DNA of 63,521 nt, filler included, from Sphacelaria rigidula (lineage: Eukaryota), in the NCBI GenBank assembly GCA_964200075.2. It is 10 parts of 10 records of this genome, joined end to end, with 100 filler letters (N's around TTAATTAATTAA, not from the genome) between each part and the next. Parts side by side here need not be neighbours in the genome. Positions count along the whole stretch, not along the records: positions 38,174 to 44,435 come from CAXNAA020021154.1; positions 44,536 to 50,797 come from CAXNAA020021155.1; positions 50,898 to 57,159 come from CAXNAA020021156.1; 7 more parts are not named here. One strand, 5' to 3'. A program made the position numbers and the translations under genes. The notes under the pieces were generated by a model. That model did no database searches. It saw only the letters and a list, made by a program, of their open reading frames with translations, and was not told where the DNA came from. Shown piece by piece: positions 38,938 through 52,048 of this stretch; position 1 is the first letter of the stretch, and the number at the start of each line of letters is the position of its first letter.

Positions 38938-39303
38938 TTATCATCATCAAAAAAACAATATAAAAAATAATAATAGCAATAATAGCAATAATAACCATAA
39001 TCATAATCATCATAATCATCATCATAATCATAGTCATAATAATAATCATAGTCATAATAACCATAATCATAATCAAAATAATAATAATCATCATAATCAT
39101 AATAGTCATAATCATAATAATCATCATGATCATCATAATAATCATCATCATGATCATCATCATAATCATCATAATTATCATCATCATCATCATCATCATA
39201 GTCATTATCATGGTCATTATAATCATAATCATAATCAAAAGAATAATAATCATTATCGTAATCATGATCATAGCCATAATAACCATAATCATAATAAAAA
39301 AAG

Positions 39304-39352
<49 letters not shown>

Positions 39353-39655
39353 AATAATAATAATAATAAAGATAATAATAATAAAGATCATAATAATAAA
39401 GATAATAATAATAATGATGATAATTGAAATAAGCATAATCATCATAATCGTTATCATAATCATAATCATAATAACCATAATCATAATCAAAATAATAATC
39501 ATAATCATAATCATAATCATAATCATAATAATCATCATGATAATCATAATAACCATCATGATAGTCATAATAATCATAACAATCACAATAATCGTAATGA
39601 TGATGATAATGATAATGATAATCATAATCATAATCATAATCATAATCATAATATT
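38909..39655. repeat. Compound (CAT)n/(AAT)n/(CATAAT)n microsatellite, about 750 bp
   Basis: Directly visible; source of the His/Asn, Ile/Met and Tyr/Asp low-complexity ORFs. Confidence 0.97.
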
Positions 39656-40290
39656 GATTCCTCTGATGAGCCTCATCTCTTGAACCCGCGGTCACAGACG
39701 TAGGCTCGCTTTTCCAGTACCTTCCCTACTGTCCCTTACATGCGACCATGATGCTAAGCTCCCATCGAGCATCAGCCGTGTAAGCGGATGTGTAGCGCTC
39801 TGATGGTAGTTGACCACGGAAAAGGCACAGCTATTTCAGCCTTTGTCAAATCCGTACAGTGACGGTAACTTCTTCAAGGTAGTTGTCAGAAACCCAGTGA
39901 GAATCAAATCAGTGAAGATCATTTGGTCATCACTAGTCATTCTGTGGTTCGCAATTGCTTTCACGATCTACCAACCATCCAGTAAGCATTAACCATTTCC
40001 TGGCTAATCGACCACGTTGTCATGCGGATCAATCAGCGAGCGTCAAACATTCCGAGATAGCTAACCCTCTATGATTTCCAACTATTCGAAGATCGAACGT
40101 TTCCGGTAGAGTCGTAAGCTGACACGTATCCCAAATTGTCAAGCAGATCTCTTTCGTACATGCACGTAGTAGCAACATATCTATCTTACCAACGGCAACT
40201 TCGTACCCCCATTTGGTTGCCCATGACCAAGCCTGCCTTATGGTTCCAATGTACTATATGTTGTACGTTGCATGTGCATCCTTTCCCAAG

Positions 40291-43200
40291 CATGCTCGCG
40301 TCCACGGCTTCACGGCGCAAGAAGGGGGTGCTGCGATTTGGCTGCAGAAGGCCTGGAGAGGAAAAATAGCCCGGGATCAATTCCGTCTGTTGCTGAAGGC
40401 ACAGATGATCTGCAAGTAAGACACGAAAAAAAAAGCGCAAACTACTGATTCAACTATCTCACCACCCCTATTTGCCTCGGTAAGAGTCATAATGATGAAA
40501 GTCGTAGTGGTAACGATAAAAGCAGTATCAAATTCAAACGAGAGAAACATAAAAGTAGTAACAGTCGTGGCAGGCTAGAAGCACAGGACAACGTGCACGT
40601 GTGGCCTACAGTGTAGTACCTGCTCACATGCCCGTGTCGCAAGTCAGCGGATCGAGGATTTGCGAGTAAACGTGAAGCAACCGAAATCGTGTTGCATGGC
40701 CGATCGATCACGGGTTTGGTTTTCCTTGCTTGACCATCCATTCCCGCTGTCCATCCGCTCGAAGGTATGTGTACATATTCGTAAATGTTCGCGTCCGCAC
40801 CGCTTCATTGCAGCTGTTTTTTGCCTTTTTGAGCATGATACGTACGCGAATATCGATGATGGCACTGGCACCAACTTGAGCCAGATGCTGTACTTGGTGC
40901 GTATGTGGCTTTGACCGGAATGTACAGTACATACATGCCGGGATAATGTCTCAAGTAGATGACCCTCTATTTCCGCTTACAACTCGTTGAAAGTCACGTT
41001 TTTGCTTCGTGTCCTCGCGTTGTGTTTGGTCATTCTCCGGTAGTACAGGGTGTCGATAAAGGACTGAAACCTAGCACTCTCTGCCCGATCGGCTCACACC
41101 ACGCTCCACTGCTTTTACCTCGCGCGCGATTTGACTATTTTCCGTTGGTTAGGGGTGCCGAGAAAGACTACCTGGCCAACCCGGACAACCTGCGGTGCCA
41201 AATCAACTACGTTCTTTTCACGCACGTCATGCAGTGAGTCAAAACCACATGGTACAGTAGGTCGCTAGAGCAGTACTTTCTCATACAGTTTCTAGTGTCT
41301 TTTTGTTGTCGTTTTTTGCGTTTTTGATTGTTTGTTGGGTTGATTGATTGATTAATCAATTCATTCATTCATTCATTCATTCATTGGTGGATTCATTGTT
41401 TGATTGATTGTCCGACTGTTTAGTTTTTGTTTGTTTTCTTCAGTCTACTCTATTTGCCTGCCTTATCTTCATTTTTCCTTCATGTTTTTTCAGCAAGTGT
41501 TCATGTCTCGTTTCCCTCGGGTACTGTACCTCTTTTTTGTGACCATGGCATGAATAGGTCCCTCGGGGATCAACTACTGTGCGACAAGCAATCAATGCAA
41601 TGGAATAAATCAATAGCCCTGGTTACTGTGTGTAGTCGTCATCCATGCTTTTTGGCTCATCCAGATATTTGAATACTCTAGCCTGCTACTTCCAGCCCAC
41701 CCAGCTGTTCGAAGTGTTCGCTCGGGCAGTGCTTGTAGAAAGTTCATGAAAATCAAACGCGGTGGCATTCCTGGCGGGGTACACGGAATAACAGCCGTTC
41801 ACAGCGTGGGCAACGATTTTCCCTTTTTCCACACGTTTAATCCATTTGATGGTTCAATTCGGCCGAAGGGGCGAGCATCGCCAAGTGACACAGCAAAATA
41901 CCGCCAACTGGCTCTGCACGTAGTTGTTGTTGTTGTTGTTGTTGTCTCCGCATGAAAAGTGGTTTCGATGTCTGTGTAGTACTCCGTACTTGGCATCTGA
42001 TGCCGACGCCTGTCGTGGTCACAGGATAAATGCCCCAAATAAGGTACGGATGAGGAAGTAAAAAATATAAAGATCAAATGTATAAACGTTGACACAGACG
42101 ACGTTTAATCTAGATGTCCCCTGTAAGTGTACATCTCGTTGACCTCTATATCTTCATTTCTGTCCTTTGTAGCCAGTTGAGATTCTTTATGACCCGACGC
42201 GCGACCCTCGCACGCCGTTCGAATCCTGAATCTTTTCTTTGATGATTCAGGAAGGACTATGGGCGCGCCCGACTGGCATACACAAACGCACTGCGTACGA
42301 TGGGGGAGCGGGGTCCTGATGTGCCCCTGCTGCTATTCGCCTACGCCATATTCTGTCTTGTGACGCGGGTACGGCAAACTGCTGAAATTCACGTACCCGG
42401 AGTTTGGAAGGATGTGACGCCCAATTGGCTGGTTGGTTGACTTGTCGCACATGCGCTGATCTGCAACGAATCCAGCGTTGACTTATGTATTGTTAATTTT
42501 GTTCATGTTTATTTGCTGCACTTTGAACCCCTTCCCTTCCTCGGGACGAGCCTGTGGTCTCAAGGGATCAACCCATCTCTCCCAGTACAATATGTATGTA
42601 TATATATGTCGGGGTCTTGGTAAGGTGTTCGCTTTCTTTTCAATTTATCCTATTCCCCCGGAAAGGAAACGTTTCTCCAAACAATTTTACAGCAAATTTC
42701 AGAACGACGCTGGGTTATAGATCCATTAAAGACTGAGTACGGACACCTCCGAAAGTCTAGCGTGGGAGTTTTATTCAGCAACTTGTTTTTCGGGGAAGTC
42801 AGCAAAACATCCATTTTTTTGAAAATTAAAGAAAAACGTGAAATGCGCGTTAACCCTGGGAGCACTCCTCTCCCGTCCCCGGTCCAAACGCCTCAATACT
42901 TCAAGCGCTGACAAAGAAAGAAAGACGGTGAAAGAAAATACCGACAACATCCATTTATAGAGTGGAAAGCCACAGAAGAATCCACCGACACATGCCATAT
43001 TCGCATCAAAAATATCGCCCCGGTGCTGTCGGATTAGTTTTATCCAATGAGAGGACGCAACGGGTCAAGTGTGTTCAACTTTGTGCACAAGACAAAACTC
43101 AGAACCGCGGCCTCTGGATTTCATACAGCAAAAACCAGCACCACCTGTATATTTTGTATACATGCACTCCCGTGTGGCACTGGGGCACACGTTTATAGCT

Positions 43201-44091
43201 GTGACGCACCCCACCGGAATATTCTAGTGCTACAGTCCGCAGGTCGTACCCCCCAGGCACTTGGCAAGCGTGCTAAGCCGCATCACAGAAACAAGGTAGT
43301 ATGGCCGAGCACACAGAAATCCCTTCACCACACGTTGTAAGATTGAGGTGCGATGTTTGCGCGACTCACCGGCATTTGGAATTCGCGCGGGTCTGACAAA
43401 CACGCCTCGAGCAAAATAGTGCTGCGTATAAGCTGCAAACAATCAACCATATGTCGTTCAAAAAACAGCACGTCGAAACCAGCGCTTTTCCATTGCTAGT
43501 GTCAAAACGGTTAACAAGACCACTTGGTGCACATGAGAATATGTCGCCGGTGAAGAAACGAAGCAATGTTCAGTTTACTTGTCATACGTGAGGGGAAAAA
43601 ATCCGAGGCAAGACGCTGACCCTCAAAAGTAATTATACGCCACTTCACTCCGTGACCATCAGATACATGCGCCCGCCCCACACTCTGCAAAACGTAAAAT
43701 GTTGCGGAAGATGGCGAATGGTAAAGGTCAGAAGCTGTATACGCATGGATCCCTCCTATCCACCGCTTCACATGTTCTTCTCCGATCATGTGAAAACTGT
43801 TGAAACATTCAGTCAAAATTTCCCTGTCCGATCGACGAAACTGCGACAGCTTCTTCGTTTCCGTACCCTACACGCACAGCGTGACGCACAGCGTGGAAAC
43901 ATGCCGACTTCTCCGCCTGCGCTGGTTTCTCCCCCTGGCCCGTTCCGAATGTTCGCTAGGAAGAAGACATGCCGGCTATTCTGGCCTTCGCGGAACGGGG
44001 TCATGAGGCTGAACGACTCATCACGCCGGATATCCCATCACAGGAGACGCACACCAGGAGGAAAAACCCGAAGTCGTTTGCCTTGGCTCAG
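40291..44091 (+). CDS. Partial multi-exon gene: IQ calmodulin-binding motif followed by TPR-like helical repeats. Exons 40291-40415, 41153-41233, 42251-42368, 43960-44091
   Basis: All four exons have AG/GT boundaries with compatible phases (0-2, 2-2, 2-0, 0-0). They splice to an open 152-aa frame: HARVHGFTAQEGGAAIWLQKAWRGKIARDQFRLLLKAQMICKGAEKDYLANPDNLRCQINYVLFTHVMQKDYGRARLAYTNALRTMGERGPDVPLLLFAYAIFCLVTREEDMPAILAFAERGHEAERLITPDIPSQETHTRRKNPKSFALAQ. LQKAWRGKIAR fits the IQ consensus; NY..F....KDY..AR..Y..AL is TPR-like. Confidence 0.85.
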
Positions 44092-44435
44092 GTAAAGACG
44101 GAAAGTGCACTGCGGGGGGGAGGACGTTGTTCGCAGGCTTCGGCCGCATCTTGTTAGGGTCTTCGTCGTTTGTCCTCGCCGAATCCGACTGTGTATCTCC
44201 CGCCAAACTCAACGTCCAGGATTAGGAAATATTAGTGCATCTGAAAGGCTACTGCTGTAACAAGAGGGTGGACGCCGCACGCGCGAACGGCGAATCCGTT
44301 CTCCACAGCGAACACGTACATCAACACAACAACAACGACCAGGTTCCCCCCCCTTAGCAGTACCGTCGCTTGGCGATGACGCTGTAAAACACGCCACTCA
44401 CTACGTAAGCTAGGCAACCAGGTTACCGCTTTTGA

Positions 44436-44535
44436 NNNNNNNNNNNNNNNNNNNNNNNNNNNNNNNNNNNNNNNNNNNNTTAATTAATTAANNNNNNNNN
44501 NNNNNNNNNNNNNNNNNNNNNNNNNNNNNNNNNNN
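44436..44535. other. Artificial scaffold-joining linker
   Basis: N44-TTAATTAATTAA-N44. Confidence 0.98.
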
Positions 44536-45368
44536 GTACCCTGTGCCTGGCCCACAAAAAAGCCTTCGAAGCAAAAGAAAGCCGAAGTTGTCGGGGCTCG
44601 GATTCCCGATTTTTTCATCTGTTACTTGCATTTTATGTAGGCCCGACCTCCCATCCCCCGATTTTCTTTTGGGTCACCATCCTATAGTGAACCCTAGTTG
44701 ATAACACTAACACGTCATGCTCGGGGGAAATGCGGGAATAAGTGTACCCTACTACATATGTGGTCATATTCACAAGGCGACTGAATCTAGCAACGCTGTG
44801 GGACGAGGGGCGGAGCTAGAGGCATGAGTTTCGCGTATCCCTCTGTCAAAGCGGTACAATCGGCGGTGAGGTCGTATCTAGTCGACGGTAACGAACTTGT
44901 TGTGTATAGGCAGCTGGTCTCTGTCGCGGAGAACTGCCCAGAACATGTNNNNNNNNNNCGAAGAGAATTTGCCCCTTGCAACAAAGAGGGAAATCGAGGC
45001 CCACCCCGGCCACAGAGGGCTGTGTGGCAAGGTGATGGGGGACAATATCCAAGGCCACAGGTGGCGGGCGGCGGTTGCCACGTCCTGTTGAAAGCTCTCC
45101 ACCGCGACTGGTACTGCTTGATACATCTATACATTGCCTGATGCGTACAACACCCAAATTATAGTACAGACAGTTTGTCCTGAACCTGGAAATAGATTGG
45201 ATAAAACTTTCGGTCTTGACCTAACCCTGCCGTTACATACATACGTTGATTTTTAGCAACATGAAGTCACTATTTCATGCTTATGCAGGACACGTCATTC
45301 GTAACCAGCCTCGTCGGTCGTTCTGGAGGCCCAGTCCCAAAAGGGTTAATGTTTAAAATAAAAATAAA

Positions 45369-45779
45369 TGAAAACTGCTTGTTTGGCCCCCTCCGCCGTC
45401 GTTCTACGCCCGAAAAAAGGGCTAGGTAGATGTTTGACACCTCGGAATGACTTGCTCTAGTCGTTGAGACCGTCCCAGGGCACCTTCCCGCTTCCAGGTG
45501 GCCGCAGTTTTGTATATGGCCGAACTTGCATCTTCAATAACAAATGGCCAGTTTGTAAAAAATACCAGCACTTTCCCCCCTGTTTTTGATAACTTGATCG
45601 TTTGTTACTGAAGATGCAAGTTTGGCCAAAAACAATTTGCGGCCACCGGAAAACGCAAAGATGCCCCGGAACGGCCTCGACGCGTAGAGCAAGCCACTCC
45701 AAAGTGTCAAACATCCATCTACCTAGCCCTCTTTCCGGGCGTAGAACGACAGACGACAGGGTCAAGAAGGCAGTTTTCA
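45369..45779. mobile_element. Foldback element, about 185-bp imperfect arms
   Basis: TGAAAACTGC...CTTGCATCTTCAATAACAAA pairs with TTTGTTACTGAAGATGCAAG...GCAGTTTTCA. Confidence 0.8.
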
Positions 45780-46323
45780 ACGTTTTTTTTTTTTTACACA
45801 GAAGGAGTGGCCTCACTATTGACCACATATTGTCCTTCCCTTGTCCAAAAAATGGAATCCAACCAACCATCCTGAAAATTAATTAATTAATTAATTATAT
45901 GTATTACATTGTATGTAGACTAAGCTTCGCTAGGGATGAGGCAGTAGAGTCACGGGTCCCGAAGAGGAACGTTGTCGTACCCTGCTGCCGAAGGATCTCC
46001 AGAGCGAAGCGTAATTCTCCGTCTTGTCATTTGGGCAAGGATGTGACCGTGGTCAAGGGTAGGCTAGAAGAACGAGTGAACGGGTTGGTACAGCGTACCG
46101 GTCCTTTGTCAACCAGGATTCATGCGGTGACTCTTGTTATACTGAGTTCTTATACCGTAGATCCCGTTGCCTAGGTTTGCCAAAGGTCCAGTTTCACAGG
46201 TTTGAACGTTTCGAGTCCGCTCATGTGTGTCACTGGCGGGCTCCGTTCCTGAGACTGTTTCTTTGGCTCACATGTGTATATGGATGTCATTACGCTCATG
46301 CATACGTGGTCTCCACATATATG

Positions 46324-46543
46324 ATATTGTCTTTCCCTTGCTCGAAAAAAGAAATCAACCATCCATCCTCAACCATCCAACCATCCATCCTCAAACAATC
46401 ATTAATTTAATTAATTAATTAATTAATTTTATAAAATTAATATACAATCCTATTAGAATAAAATGTATAAATTAATTAATTGATTAAAGATTGTCTGAGG
46501 ATGGATGGTTGGATGGTTGGTTGGATTTTTTGTCCAGGGTGTG
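46324..46543. mobile_element. Short palindromic element ending in TTGTCCAGGGTGTG (same terminus as 6527-8221)
   Basis: (CCAT/CCAA)-rich and (TTAA)n arms pair across 46372-46525. The right terminus is identical to 8208-8221. The left part is duplicated at about 45827-45897. Confidence 0.6.
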
Positions 46544-47091
46544 AAGTATTCCACACGTCGGACTACCTAAAATAACTAATGGAAGAGAACTCTCAGATCC
46601 ATCGTACAAAAACACGAAACACGTGGCAGCAGTGGCCGAGGAGCCAAAGCGTTACCTTCCCGCTACACCGCGTGCTCACCGTACATCGCTATCGGGAGAT
46701 GATGCGGAAATAGTTTCCCAAATGAGCTATAATAGCTCATGATCCGGGTCAGTACTCTGATAAGAAGTAATATCCAGGTAGCTTGCTCATGACCTGTCCA
46801 ACGTGTGAAGCTTGTAATCCCATTGAAAGATGCACGAGACACTATCGCACACTACAATGGTACAGTACAGTAAAGTTTGTGCTGTGTGCTCTTCTCTCCT
46901 CGAACGACATGGATATTTCAACAAATTCAAGGGTCGGACGAAGTGATGATTCGTCCGGAAATTACGTGATTCTAGTGTGATTGGTAGAATCAATCCTCAC
47001 GCTTTGTTTTCAGCGTTGCAACCCAGGTACGCGAAGCCCAGGCACGTGGAATGGTGCAAAAGTTGCGTGGATACCCCTTGGACCAGCGGTC

Positions 47092-47125
<34 letters not shown>

Positions 47126-47393
47126 TAGTTTTTTTCTCTCTTTCGATCAATCAGGTCTAAGAAATAGCGGACTTGGTGATTCGAACCGGTGATGATTCGT
47201 CCGAACCGTGGGATATTTCCGATCAGAAGAATCTTGCTGTGAGGATTGAAGAAACAAAATGTGGATAACATATCGATCTATCTATGTGTGTACATGAATA
47301 TATGTATACACTATCCTCCAGTGGTTAGAAAAGATCGAAGGAGCGACGCTGCAAGCAAATACCGCACTGTATCAACATTTTCCAGTAATGATA

Positions 47394-47999
47394 CTTACTC
47401 TGTCCCATAAGTCTGCGCAGTTGTGTTTATACGAGCCCTTAACGGTGTCCGATTCGATTTTCGATTTTTTTATTGCATTCGTTGGCGTTTTTTGGGCTAA
47501 TACCAACACTCTCTCTACAACGTGGGTGCTCAACGCGTGCAGTCTCGCGGTTGAGAAAAAATAGGTCGGCCGAAAAACGGCAATTTTTCGCTCTTTTTCG
47601 CAGTAAGCATGGGGGATCCGGGAACACGAAAAATCGAGAAAAAACGTGAAAAAAAACGTGAAAATCGAAAAAAAAAAGCCATAGACTTTGGGTACATCCG
47701 TGACGTTCACCTACGCAGGCCCCGTCAAACATATTTTCAGCATGTAATCGCTAGTGTTTGACGTAAAAACGTCAAAAATTGGTCAATGTTGAGGTATACG
47801 TGGACCAAAAATGGGCCAAAATGGGCGTATTTGGACATCATTTTAGTATAGACAAATATATATATATATATATATATATTGCGTCAGCTTCGTTGGCGTT
47901 TCATCTCTCGAACGAACCCGGCTGAAGGATGATCGAGTATGTTCGAATGCGCAAACAATTAAAAGCTCATAGATGCGCAGACTTATGGGACAGAGGAAG
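47394..47999. mobile_element. Tc1/mariner (Stowaway-like) MITE, 606 bp
   Basis: TA|CTTACTCTGTCCCATAAGTCTGCGCA ... TGCGCAGACTTATGGGACAGAGGAAG|TA. Confidence 0.88.
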
Positions 48000-48764
48000 T
48001 AGTAGTGTTGTTTGTGTACTGTAGTAGCGGGAGTACCAAATAGCAGAACCTTCTTCGCAATGGGAGGATCGGAGAGACGAACCGTCTTCTCTTGCGGGAA
48101 GTTCAGAGCATTTAACTGAAAAATGATTCTCGCGTGGGAAGCAAAACGCGCTCCTTGTCAGGGATATTCCTTCGGGAGCAAGGGACACCGTCAGCATGCT
48201 ACAGTAAGCAGCACAGTACCCAGTGAGCGCCGCGTGGTCTTCTCCGTCGACATCGATACCAAGACGGGACTAGTAGTACTTGTCGCACTCAACAAGCTGC
48301 TCTCGTGGGAGTCTCTTTGTTTGTTTGTCTTTGTCACACTTCAAAACCCTCTCCTTTCTCGGGATGAGTCTGTGGTATGCAGCCAAATATCACCGAGCCG
48401 TAAGGTTTCAGTATAATCGCATGCATGATTGGAGCAGTGGCGGGGGACAGGGGATCCTGGATGGATGGCCCTCTTCTGTGTGGCCCCTTGCTGTCTGGCT
48501 CGTGATGTGATCTGTTTAGTATCACTCCGTGATGATAATAACAAGTTAGAAGGAAGGACTTATCGAGCACGAGACCTGTGATACTGCAGGAGTCCCTCGT
48601 TGAAAGTCCTCCTGTCCAGATCGTCTGGCAAAGGCTATATAGGTCTTGAAGGATCAAGCTGTATATCTCCCCGGTATACGTCTTGAATCTTGATCCCCGC
48701 GGATTGGGTCAGCACTCCCGCACCGAGTCAACTCCCGTCAAACGAACTCAGGAAACCCCTTTTT

Positions 48765-48896
48765 TGTTTGCTCACGCACCGGCGCTTTCTACGGTAGAAA
48801 ATCATAAACCTCCAAGAAAGAACCCAACGCGCCGGGAATCGAACACACATTCTCTCCACCCTTCCGGTGACAGTCGGACCATTACACCACGGGGTC
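48765..48896 (-). mobile_element. tRNA-derived SINE-like repeat, family 1, second copy
   Basis: Reverse strand GACCCCGTGGTGTAATGGTCCGACTGTCACC...GTTCGATTCCCGGCGCGTTGGGTT aligns with 18836-18970. Confidence 0.65.
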
Positions 48897-50797
48897 GTGC
48901 GGATTGAGATCCCGCCTCCGCATTGGACGCACTGCGCTCGTTGACGGGGGTTCTCGTGGGTTGGATCTCCACACTTGCGTTGAGCGAAGCTTCCCGAACG
49001 CTCGAGGCGCCTACATCACATGACTGCCGCAAGGCGGTCTAGCCAAGTCTCCGGGTAATCGGGACAGGAACCCGCTTGCGGGGTAAGTGTTGGATGAGGT
49101 TCCCTCCTTCCCCCCTTCAAAGAAGAAGAAGAAGAAGAAGAAGAAGACGAAACATGGCTGCCATTCTCTCCCTCCATTCATCCATGACGTACGGTCCACT
49201 AAGCCCGCCGCATCATCCTACATCTTCCCGCGGGAGGTTATATCACAGAAATAAACTGCAGCTCGAAAAATGCTCCCATGCTGTAGGAGGATCAAGACCA
49301 TTAATAAACGCGTACAAAGTCGTCTATCTTTCCCCAGGAGGAAAGTAAACGCCGTCCAACCACGTCGTCCCAGGACAAAACATGACAACATCTTGATTTG
49401 CGTCTGTTGTCACCAGACAGACTCATGCTCGACGCCCCCCGCGGCGGAACTTTATCTATTCCACGTCATCGATGATCTCCCAGCGGGAAAAACCTCGCAT
49501 TCGAACACACAGTCAGACTTTACATTACGAGAGCAAAGTATCCAAATGGATGTGTGAAGTATACTGGGACGTCATTCGAGAAAATAGGTTAGGAAAAAAA
49601 AGCAATATGATTTGTTCCATGAGAGGACGCGATCACATCTTGATTGGTGTATGGAAGTGTTGCGAGTATTGCCTCACATCGCTGAATAGACCCCGGGAAG
49701 GGAAATATATATATATATATACATATATCTTTGAATATGCAAATTTATATATATATATCTTTGAATATGCAAATTGGATTAAAAATTTGGAAACGTACTC
49801 GTTAACGTAGCAGGACGGATGAGTAAACAAGAATTTGGCCTTTGAAAATCAATGGCGTGGGACTCCGAACACGATTTTCTGATATCGTCATTACGGTACT
49901 TTCTAGACTTCCGTTAAATCGTCCCACTGCTGAAAGCCGGTGTTGCAAAGCTAAGATCCCGAGGCGAGCTATGTCATGGTAGGAGTTGCACACTTGGGCC
50001 TCGATGTTCCTAATTGAGGGGTCCCCAAAACTAGGAGCTACATCAGACGAGGACATTTTTGTTACAAAATTATTTGAGATATAGATCGAAAAATTGCGAT
50101 GGAGGAGGAAAATGCCGATCCGATAGGTCGTGAGTTTAACCTAAATGACGACAGTTGAAATAGCGACGTATCGGATCGGATTTTTTTTCCCCACCGCACA
50201 TGTTCGATTAAAAACAATGTGCTGAGAGATGCCCTCGGTGGATGTGCGACAATCAACCAAATCGATTGAGATATCCGCAAGCCAATTGGTATGCTACGAG
50301 TACTTGTGGCGTGCTCTCACATATTTCGTCAAGTCCTTTTTTTGGATGAGATTAAGGGCTATTACCAGTTCAAACCTGAGATCTATGTTGTGCGCCCCTA
50401 CCGTGGGCACCACTGAAGCGCTTCATCACCAATAACCCCCCCCTCCCCCCCCCGGTGGACTTGGGGCGCTGATAGCGTGCAATTTCAGCCCGATCTGGAT
50501 GGCCACACAGCGTCGAAGGATTGGGATTACAGAAATGGCGCACTTCCTATGAGCGTTCAACTTACTGCACTCAACGTCCAGCGGGTGGGGTTGAAAGTCG
50601 GGCTAGAATTGGTCGTAAGCTGGCTTTGAAGAAGCCGGGCCAGCGCGTGGCGTTTCGTTTCCGTTCCAGATGAACATATCAGACCCCGCCCCCGTTTAGG
50701 GTTAAGGCAAGGAACAAATGAGTACGCCCCCCCCCCCCCCCCCCCCCCCCCCCCGCCGGGGGGGGGTGCGGGGCGCGGCCGCCCCCACAACTACACC

Positions 50798-50897
50798 NNN
50801 NNNNNNNNNNNNNNNNNNNNNNNNNNNNNNNNNNNNNNNNNTTAATTAATTAANNNNNNNNNNNNNNNNNNNNNNNNNNNNNNNNNNNNNNNNNNNN
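50798..50897. other. Artificial scaffold-joining linker
   Basis: N44-TTAATTAATTAA-N44. Confidence 0.98.
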
Positions 50898-50942
50898 TTT
50901 TAAATCTCTTTGAACTGGTGTATTACTGACCATAATGTAATA

Positions 50943-51459
50943 CTTCCTCTGTCCGATAAGTAAAGGTACCTAAATTTGTACGGGTCCTTAACGGTGTCCG
51001 ATCGTTTTTTTTTTTAATAAACTCAACGGTGTTTTTTGGGTTAAGAAAACGTGTTTAAAATATTCAGCTCGTGCTTGAACCATGCTGCCGAACGGCTGCA
51101 AAAAAAGTAGTCGGCCCCAAAATGGCCGTTTTTTGCTCCTTTCCGAGAGGGAAAAAAGTGTCGATTTTTCGTTTTTTTAACCGCCCCCGCCTTCACTGGG
51201 GCTTGCTGCCAGGAAGTCCCACGCGGTTAAGAAAAAAATCGACACTTTTTTCCCCCTCGGAAAGGGGCAAAAAACGGTCATTTTGGGGCCGACTACTTTT
51301 TTTGCAGCCGTTCGGCGGCATGGTTCAAGCACGAGCTGCAAATTTCAAACACATTATCTTGACCCAAAAAACACCGTAGAGTCTATTAAAAAAAAAACGA
51401 TCGGGCATCGTTAAGAGCCCGTACAAATTCAGGTACCTTTACTTATGGGACAGAGGAAG
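50943..51459. mobile_element. Fully palindromic (foldback) Stowaway-like MITE, 517 bp
   Basis: TA|CTTCCTCTGTCC ... GGACAGAGGAAG|TA; arms of about 240 bp pair up to a short central loop at about 51185-51222. Confidence 0.92.
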
Positions 51460-51556
51460 TAGGTGCAGCAGATGTCGCGGTGGATGGTAATGTGTCCGTG
51501 CGCCGCAAAAATATGTTGTAATCGATGGTCGCGCTGTCCGTGTAAGATTTCGGGAT

Positions 51557-52048
51557 ATGCCATACTACGACCGCAAGTTCTCGAGTGAGCAAACTGCCCA
51601 CTTTCTGCGGCAGTATGAGGATTACATTCGTGAGGTGCACGCGGCGAATGCGCTTCGGGAAGGCTGGAACGTTCTTGAGGAGCCAGCGGTTTCTAACCCC
51701 ATGCGTAGGCATATTGAGCATGCGTCTTATGCATCGTCGAGTGTGGTGCACGATAATGTGAAGGTCGAAATGCTCAAACAGTACATGTCTGTCGGAGGTG
51801 ACAGGCACGACAGTGCATCCGTGGATAGTGCAGCAGTTCGAGCACCCACGCTTTTGAGGCAACGATGCGGGATAGCTGCCTGCACCGTTAGGGCAGCAAA
51901 TATGACACAGCATGTGCTTTTCCGAAGGGACAGGCACGACGGTTCGTCTGCAGAGTGCAGTAGTTGGAATTCGCCAGCGGCTGAAGCAACAACACAGCGC
52001 CACTTTGAAGGGCGGGAAGGTGACAAAGCATATCTCAGAGGTCTATAA
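51557..52048 (+). pseudogene. Possible Gypsy gag-like fragment
   Basis: N-terminal 'KFSSEQTAHFLRQYEDYIREVHAAN' recalls stramenopile Gypsy gag N-termini; internal duplication GACAGGCACGAC; sits among Gypsy relics. Confidence 0.35.

Noticed and set aside
38819..39695. His/Asn-, Ile/Met- and Tyr/Asp-rich ORFs of 185-266 aa
   Set aside because: By-products of a trinucleotide microsatellite.
45879..45897. TTAATTAATTAA as another linker (also near 46408)
   Set aside because: Not flanked by Ns; part of a natural (TTAA)n tract.
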